Positions 56,053 through 64,000 of a stretch of 64,000 nt of DNA are shown piece by piece. The notes beneath the pieces are model-generated. The model saw nothing but the letters and a program-made list of their open reading frames with translations. It searched no databases and had not been told where the DNA came from. The stretch spans positions 29,512,001 through 29,576,000 of the forward strand of contig OX597832.1 in NCBI GenBank assembly GCA_951406725.2, in the 5' to 3' direction. Every line of letters starts with the position of its first letter. Within the stretch, counting starts at the first letter, position 1. The position numbers were made by a program, and so were the translations under genes. This DNA is from Octopus vulgaris (Eukaryota).

Positions 56053-56281
56053 TGTGTGTAAAAAAATTTCATATAGTTTCTATCTTTCAAATTCTATGCA
56101 AAGCTGGTGAACTCGAAATTACTGTAAAAGACATGTGCACAGGGTACTGTAGACAGGGATTGAACCCAGAACTACATGGTTGTGAAGTAAAACAGTTTAA
56201 ACCCAGCCTTACTACAAGATCCATGCAGAAAGAATACTGCAGAGAAGAACAAAAATAAACTTTGAACAATTAACATCGAAC

Positions 56282-56329
<48 letters not shown>

Positions 56330-56413
56330 CGATGACGATGATGATGATGATGACGACGATGACGACGACGACGACGATGGTAGTGTTGGCAGTGGTGGGG
56401 GTAACAGCAGTGT

Positions 56414-56462
<49 letters not shown>

Positions 56463-56890
56463 GGTGGTGGTGGTGGTGGTGATGATGATGATAACAACAG
56501 GGGTTGAGATAAAAGGTGTTGTTCAGTTTCTTTATTCCCCATCCTCCTCCCCTCTCCCCCCTCCATCAATTTCTTGGTTGTACTTTTACTATTCCAAATG
56601 ATAGTTTCAACTTTCCAGCCTACACCCCCACTCCTTCTACCCCAGTGTAATCTGATAGCTAGATTAAGGAGCTAAAATTATCACATCCACCCTTTCTTGG
56701 GGGTTCTTATGTCAGGGTCACTGGCAAATTTTTGAAAATGGCAAATTGAAAGAAAGGAATTATATAAAAACAACCAGAACAGAAGTACCTTCTAAGGGTG
56801 CCGGTCTCTGGTCTGTTATCAAACATTTCTAAAGGTAACACACATGCACACACGTTGAGAAACATATAGCATATATACACACACATACAG

Positions 56891-56927
<37 letters not shown>

Positions 56928-57089
56928 CATACATATATGTGTATATATATACATATATATATATACACACATATATATATACACACATATATATATACAC
57001 ATATATATATATGCACACACACACATATATATATATATACATATATATATATACATACATATATATATATATGTATGTATGCATGTATG

Positions 57090-57120
<31 letters not shown>

Positions 57121-57320
57121 GTATGTATATATATATGTATATATATATATATATATATATACATATGTATGTATATATATATATATATATGAATATAAAT
57201 ATTTCAATAATAATATAAGGGTAAAATTAATTAAATAATTAATCAGTTAATTAATTAATAATTAATAATTTTACCAAGTAGTTCGGTACATTAAAATCAC
57301 CTTTTCAGGTAAAATTATAC

Positions 57321-57558
57321 AAATATTCTATAATTACAAACATAATTATAATCAGGGGTCAGCTAATTGCTTTGCCATGCACCGAATTTAGAAATAGGAG
57401 TTAAAATGCCATTTCTGCTACCATAGAGATCTCCCAGACAGTAACAGGCTTTTTTATGGTAGCAGAAATGGCATTTTAACTCCTATTTCTAAATTCAGTG
57501 CATGGTGAAGCAATTATCTGACCCCTGATTATAATTATGTTTGTAATTATAGAATATT

Positions 57559-57559
<1 letters not shown>
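57321..57559. repeat. Long inverted repeat (~105-bp arms, ~29-nt loop) in a (TA)n-flanked element
   Basis: 57321-57425 pairs with 57455-57559. Confidence 0.9.
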
Positions 57560-57611
<52 letters not shown>

Positions 57612-57722
57612 TGTGTGTGTGTAAGAATTCAAAATGACTTCGAACCCACAAGAGTAAACAAGAGAGACAGAGACAGACAGAAACAAGAAAAATGTACCTT
57701 GTATTTGAATACTATGCAAATA

Positions 57723-58114
57723 TCTTTATATATAAAAGAGAGGTTGTGTGCTGTCTGTCTCCTATGATTTAGATTCCTAACTACTCCCGCATTTTGCGGT
57801 GCAGTGTAACCAAAAGCGGGTATCTTATAGTCATGATTCATATCGAGCCCTTCTGGGTATTAGCGCGCGTCTACGATGAGTTTACAATTTTAAAAAAAAT
57901 TTACCATCATTTTATTCCATTTTAATGCATTTTTTTCGCTATTATATAACTCTCTAAAAATGTCTACGATGAGTCAACGATTTAAAAAAAATTTACCATC
58001 ATTTTTTTTCCATTTTTAATGCATTTTTTTGCTATTTTTTAGCTATAACTCTCTAAAAATGCTTATATAATTATTTCCCTTACAAACCCGAGCAACGCTG
58101 GGTGATACTGCTAG
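57723..58114 (+). mobile_element. Non-autonomous Helitron
   Basis: A|TCTTTATATATAAAAG start, subterminal hairpin CCCGAGCAACGCTGGG, CTAG|T end. Internal ~90-bp duplication at 57870-58050. Confidence 0.78.
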
Positions 58115-58274
58115 TTCTTTTATAAAACTTTTCATTTAATTTTTCCAAAATTTAATTGTTTTCCATATTTAGAGTTGGAAAAGTCTCAATGACTGAAACC
58201 GGTACTGAAATGTTTTTTATGATAAAATTATTTTAGCATTTCCTACCTTGTCTTTTTTTCCTTATACATATCAA

Positions 58275-58515
58275 CTGATTAGATTTTAGGATCGATCTGG
58301 TACCGGAAAAGGATTCTGGATTATTTTTCCTGTGTTTTTTTTTGTTTTTTTCACTTAATTCTTGAGAGCAGTTGGGTTCATTTTAAGTATTCTCGTTTGT
58401 GAGAGCATTCAAGTTTATTTCAGATATTCTCATTTTAAAAATCATCTCTGGCTAATCATTGAGAGGACGCGGGTGTTGCCGTGGCAGAGGTTTGTTCTCT
58501 CTGAGTGCTCTTGTT
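58275..58515 (-). mobile_element. Helentron-associated (DINE-1/HINE-like) element, other half
   Basis: Minus strand begins AACAAGAGCACTCAGAGAG..ACCTCTGCC, the same subterminal motif as 42166-42174. Confidence 0.55.
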
Positions 58516-59518
58516 ATCATTATTGCTAAGGCAGCAAGCTGGCAGAATTGTTAGCACACTGGGCAAAATGCTTAGTGGTATTTCATCCAACTTTATGTTC
58601 TGAGTTCAAATTCCACCGAGGTCAACTTTGCCGTTCATCCTTTCGGGGTCAATAAATTAAGTGCCAGTGAAACACTGGGGTCAGTGTAATCAACTAGCCC
58701 CTCCCCCCAAAATTCCAGGCCGTGTGCCTTTAATAGAAAGGATTGTTAGTATTATTGTAACAGCTTCAAATATTAGATGGATGCATGAGATGTCGAGCTG
58801 GCAGAATCGTTAGCAGACCAGGCATAATGCTTAGGAGCATTTCGTCTGTCTTTGCCTTCAGGGTTCAAATTCTGCTGAGGGCACCTTTGCCTTTTTTGCT
58901 TTCGGGGTTGATAAAATAAGTAAAATAAGTACCAATTGGGCAGTGGGGGGCAATGTAATTGATTTAAACCCCTTCCCAAAATTGTTGGTCTTGTGCCCAA
59001 TATTTTGAACTAATATTAGATGTGTGCATGTGTGTGTGTTTCTGCATGTGCGTTTGTGTGTGTGTGTGCGTGTGTGAGTGTTTGTGCATGTGTGTGTGTT
59101 TGCATGTGTGTTTGTGCGTGTGCATGCGTTTGAGTGTGCGTCTGTATGTTTGTGTATGTGCGTGTGTGTTTGTACGTATGCGTGTGTGTCTTTGCATGTG
59201 TGTTTGTGTGCATGTACTTGTGTGTAGTGTGTACTTGTGTGCATGTGTGTGTGTGTTTATGTGTTCACATACCTTACAATCATGGAAATAATCTGTATTA
59301 ATAAATCCTCTCCCTCCATGCCCACCCTCAGGCTCCTTTTAAATTTCAGTTTGATTAGAAAATGTGAGGGGAACATCAAGTGAGAGAGACGTCAACATCC
59401 CTGCCACAATTAACCAATTTAACCAATTCTCAATTAATCAAATTAATCAAAAGAGAGAAGAAAACACAGAAATGTAATAAACAGGTGAAGGAATTAGTTT
59501 ACTAATGGTGGATTAGGA

Positions 59519-60211
59519 GAGTGGAGTGGAGTGTGGTGGAGAAACACTTCGAGTGGAGTGGAGTATGGTGGAGTAACAGTTCAGGGGAGTGGAGTATGGT
59601 GGAGTAACAGTTCCAGTGGAGTGGAGTATGGTGGAGTAACACTTCGAGTGGAGTGGAGTGTGGTGGAGTAGCACTTTGAGTGGAGTATGGTGGAGTAACA
59701 GTTCCAGTGGAGTGGAGTATGGTGGAGTAACAATTCCAGTGGAGTAGAGTATGGTGGAGCAATACTTCAAGTGGAGTGGAGTAACACTTCGAGTGGAGTG
59801 GAGTGTGGTGGAGTAACACTTCAAGTGGAGTGGAGGTGTGGTGGAGTAACAATTCCAGTGGAGTGGAGTATGGTGGAGTAACACTTCAAGTGGAGTGGAG
59901 TATGGTGGAGTAACACTTCAAGTGGAGTGGAGTATGGTGGAGTAACACTTCAAGTGGAGTGGAGTATGGTGGAGTAACACTTCAAGTGGAGTGGAGTGTG
60001 GTGGAGTAACACTTCAAGTGGAGCGGAGTGTGGTGGAGTAACAATTCCAGTGGAGTGGAGTATGGTGGAGTAACACTTCAAGTGGAGTGGAGTATGGTGG
60101 AGTAACACTCCAAGTGGAGTGGACTATGGTGGAGTAACACTTCCAGTGGAGTGGAGTGTGGTGGAGTAACACTTCAAATGGAGTGGAGTATAGTGGAGTA
60201 ACACTTCAAGT
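59519..60211. repeat. 32-bp minisatellite (GAGTGGAGTATGGTGGAGTAACACTTCAAGTG)n, about 21 units
   Basis: A 32-bp period is visible (e.g. 59881, 59913). No spacers. Confidence 0.92.
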
Positions 60212-60212
60212 G

Positions 60213-60927
60213 TTAAGAAGCATCAGATGTGGTGTGCAAGAGAGACGACTGCACTTGTATGGTCATGTGTTGCACATGGATGGGGACACATTCTAACTGT
60301 GGAAGGAACATGTGGAAGAGGTAGACCCAGGAAGACATGGGATGAGGTCGTGAAGCATGAAGCATGACCTTTGAATGTTGGGCTTCACAGAGGCAATAAG
60401 TGACCGAGACCTTTAGAGGTATGCTGTGATTGAGAAGTTCCTGCAAGTGAAGTGAGATCGCAGCTGTGGCCGATACCAGTGTTGCATAACCAACCCATTT
60501 AAAAGTACCCTTGAATCACTAGGTGACACACTGTGACCTGTTGAGTCAAGTGAAATCCTAGTTATGGCCAATGCCAGTGCTACCTGACTGGCACCTGTGC
60601 TGGTGGCACGTAACGAGCATGATTCAAGCGTGGGTCGATACCAGTTCCATCTGTCTAGCTCCCCATGCTGGTGGCATATAAAAAGCACCATTCGAACATG
60701 GTCAATGCCTGTGAACCCCAACTGGCTCCCATTACTGGTGGTACATAAAAATCACCCACTACACTGTTGGAGTGGTTGGCATTAGGAAGAGCATCAAGCT
60801 GTAGAAACATTGCCTGATCAGATTGGAGCCTGGTGCAGCCTCTTGGCTTTCCAGACCTCAGTCAAACCGTCCAACCCATGCCAGCATGGAAAACAGACGT
60901 TAAACAACAATGAGGATGATGATGACG
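60213..60927 (+). mobile_element. Degenerate RTE-clade LINE 3' part
   Basis: LRSIRCGVQERRLHLYGHVLHM..GRGRPRKTWDEVVKH, with the same 3'UTR and (TGA)n tail as the other copies. Confidence 0.85.
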
Positions 60928-60960
<33 letters not shown>

Positions 60961-61797
60961 TGGAGTTGAACGAAGATGTTATTAAAATTCTTTTACTTTC
61001 AACATATGTTTCGAAGGCAACATGATTTTATTCCAAAGGAATAAACGGTGTAAAATGCAATCTTCTCACGCATCAACCACATTACTGGCTTGAATTTTGT
61101 TACCCTGGTAACGGTTTATTGAATTTTCCATGTTAACGGTAAACAAAGGATAATTCATTCATTCATCCATTTATATATATATATATATATATACTCACAC
61201 ATACATATATCATAAATGCATATGTGCAGCACTATTTGTGTGGCAAGTTTTCTGCAGCCGGATGCCCATCCTGTCACCAATCCCCGTCTGTTTCCAAATA
61301 AATATACAAACATTTTACACACCTAGATATGTATAAATATATAGGAGTGGCTCTGTGGTAAGTGGCTTGCTTACCAACCACATGGTTCCGGGTTCATTCC
61401 CACTGCGTGGCACCTTGGACAAGTGTCTTCTACTATAGCCTCAGGTTGACCAAAATCTTGTGAGTGGATTTGGTAGACGGAAACTGAAGGAATCCCATCG
61501 TATGTATATGTGTGTGTATCTGTGTTTGTCTCCCCAACATCACTTGACAACTGATGCTGGTATGTTAACATCCCCATAAAAGAGACCGATAGAATAAGTA
61601 CTACGCTTACAAAGAATAAGTTCTGGGGTCAATTTGCTCGACTAAAGCAGTGCTCCATCATGGTCTCAATCAAATGACTGAAACAAGTAAAAAAAAATAA
61701 AAGAATAAAAGAATACAATTATATCTATATATACATATATAGAATTTCATATGTGTGTGCGTGTGAATGTCTGTGTACATATGCAAATATATATGTA

Positions 61798-61859
<62 letters not shown>

Positions 61860-61956
61860 AAAGGGTGGAATATAATTAATTTAATAAAATTAATCAATTT
61901 CACCTAGTAGATTTATTGGTATGGAAAAGACCATATTTGGTAAGGGTTATAATAAT

Positions 61957-62182
61957 TATAATTAAGGGTTAATTGCAACAAGTTGCTCAAAACCACATAC
62001 CGAAAATATTAGAAACAGCAGCCAAAATTGATCACTATTTCCTCTACTAATAAAAAGTCTCCACAAACAAATAGAATTTGTGGAGACTTTTTATTAGTAG
62101 AGGAAATAGTGATCAATTTTGGCTGCTGTTTCTAATATTTTCGGTATGTGGTTTTGAGCAACTTGTTGCAATTAACCTTAAT

Positions 62183-62186
<4 letters not shown>
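61957..62186. repeat. Near-perfect inverted repeat (~110-bp arms, 9-nt loop) in a (TA)n-flanked element
   Basis: 61957-62067 pairs with 62077-62186. Confidence 0.92.
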
Positions 62187-62244
<58 letters not shown>

Positions 62245-62250
<6 letters not shown>

Positions 62251-62330
62251 CAAATAAGAAAATGGAGAGGATATAAAATTGATTTTATAAAATCGATTGT
62301 TTATCCTCTCCATTTTCTTATTTGCCTTAT
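62245..62330. repeat. Short palindrome abutting (TA)n
   Basis: ATAAGGCAAATAAGAAAATGGAGAGGATA ... TATCCTCTCCATTTTCTTATTTGCCTTAT. Confidence 0.9.
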
Positions 62331-62487
62331 AAATCCTGGGTAAATTTCCAATTTACCTCCACCTATACCTAACGATATTACCATGCAATAGTAAGCACTG
62401 GGTTTAAAATACGCAGGTACACATCCTGTAGTATATTGAATATTTAATGTCCCTTGGAGGGTTTCTTAACCTCTAACTCATACATAC

Positions 62488-62626
<139 letters not shown>

Positions 62627-62706
62627 GGTCCCGGGTTGATTCGGGGTTAACCACAGTAAATAAGGTACTCAATACATAGCAGAGTAAAATTAATTTATTA
62701 TATAGA

Positions 62707-62761
62707 AGGAGCTTCTACAGGACTAGAACTGTTTCATTCAAGAGAAATCTTCAGGAAGCTC
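62707..62761 (-). ncRNA. Type I hammerhead ribozyme motif (left arm of the same palindrome)
   Basis: Reverse-complement copy of the motif at 62764-62818, with a 7-bp stem I (GAGCTTC/GAAGCTC). Confidence 0.65.
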
Positions 62762-62818
62762 AGGAGCTTCCTGAAGATTTCTCTTGAATGAAACAGTTCT
62801 AGTCCTGTAGAAGCTCCT
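62762..62818 (+). ncRNA. Type I hammerhead ribozyme motif (right arm of a palindrome)
   Basis: AGGAGCTTC-CTGAAGA-T-TTC-tctt-GAA-T-GAAA-CAG-ttctagtc-CTG-TA-GAAGCTCCT: 9-bp stem I, stem III ACAG/CTGT, GUA cleavage triplet. Positions 10.1/11.1 form a U-U mismatch. Confidence 0.7.
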
Positions 62819-62826
62819 TCTATATA

Positions 62827-62877
<51 letters not shown>

Positions 62878-63285
62878 TATGCTTTATATAAAAGTAGTTA
62901 AACACCAAAGTCAACAGAGACTTAGCATAAAACCATTATGTCTTCAAATGTGACATTCTTTTGGTTCTTTTCCAACCAATTTTTGGACCAGTTTTAATTT
63001 CAAAAAACAACAGAAGCCCACTCGAAACTTATCCACCGTTATGGTAATTACTAATGTAATTTTTATCCAACTATTTTTACATTTTTACTGATCTTTATTC
63101 AAAGTTATATTTGTATTTGCTCTCAATAAAAATATGTTTGAACTAACAACATTATTGATTACTTTCAACAACTGCGCAAATCATCTTGGATCAATACTAC
63201 ATACTCTCTCTCTATATATATATGATATACCATACGTAGGACTCTAAGTTTTATACTCATATATATATATATACATATACATATG

Positions 63286-63321
<36 letters not shown>

Positions 63322-63562
63322 AAGACCCCCTTCGGTCATGAATGACCATGGGATTGCACCTAGAAAGTTACCCTCCTAGACACAAGTCCGGGCAAGGTTG
63401 TTTATGGAAGACCAGCAGTCGCCCATGCATACCAGCCTCCCCTCTCCACGCCACCAGTGTTATCCAAGGGAAAGACAAAGGTCGATACAGCTTGGCACCA
63501 GTGACGTCGCAACTCATTTCTACAGCTGAGTGAATTGGAGCAACGTGAAATAAAGTGCCTTG

Positions 63563-63673
<111 letters not shown>

Positions 63674-64000
63674 GTAATTAAGATTCTGTTGAATTAGGTA
63701 CTTAAATTGACACACCTTGCTAGGTTGGTATAATGTGCACACCCAAACAGTATTAATTGACTATTAAATATGAAGTCTCCATGCTGGGGTGTTTGTACCT
63801 GATATACCTGCCATGTGTGCAGACTAAACATCCCAGCTAAGTAAAGATATCCATTCTTGGTAATTCAGACCTGTACCTTTTATAAAGGTACTTTCTATAG
63901 TATTCCCAAAGTGCAGATTCCAAGTTAGGTGAGTAAAATATAAATGAGTGACAGAAATGTACAAGTGACTCCTTTAATTGATTAATTAAAACATTGCATC

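Noticed and set aside
59519-60211. Regular 32-bp repeats resembling a CRISPR array
   Set aside because: The units are contiguous with no unique spacers, there are no cas genes, and the context is eukaryotic.

Overview
This is AT-rich animal genomic DNA dense in microsatellites and retroposons. The repeat families look cephalopod (octopus-like), which is an inference. The only convincing host coding sequence is a 99-nt first coding exon on the minus strand (51325-51423, MTERKFRQALQKVGCAAKVRANVSQAVRESVIS). It matches the N-terminus of DOCK-D/zizimin (DOCK9/10/11) Cdc42 GEFs and lies in a CpG-retaining promoter-like region. I did not find the expected next exon, so positions 1-51324 are probably all intron 1; this stretch holds a candidate 21-nt microexon and a candidate alternative first exon. 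The rest is tRNA-headed SINEs (one family forms 184-bp head-to-tail multimers), RTE and Tx1/L1 LINE fragments, Penelope-like element (PLE) RT and GIY-YIG relics, non-autonomous Helitrons and Helentrons, a hAT MITE, minisatellites and simple repeats. The most unusual signal is a set of type I hammerhead ribozyme motifs at 9611-9656, 31037-31082 and a back-to-back pair at 62707-62818, plus decayed copies. Several lie in short fold-back elements near (TA)n tracts, and one may be the tail of a tRNA-headed, hammerhead-bearing SINE/retrozyme. Almost all ORFs in the supplied track are microsatellite or repeat artefacts. All calls were made by eye without database searches.
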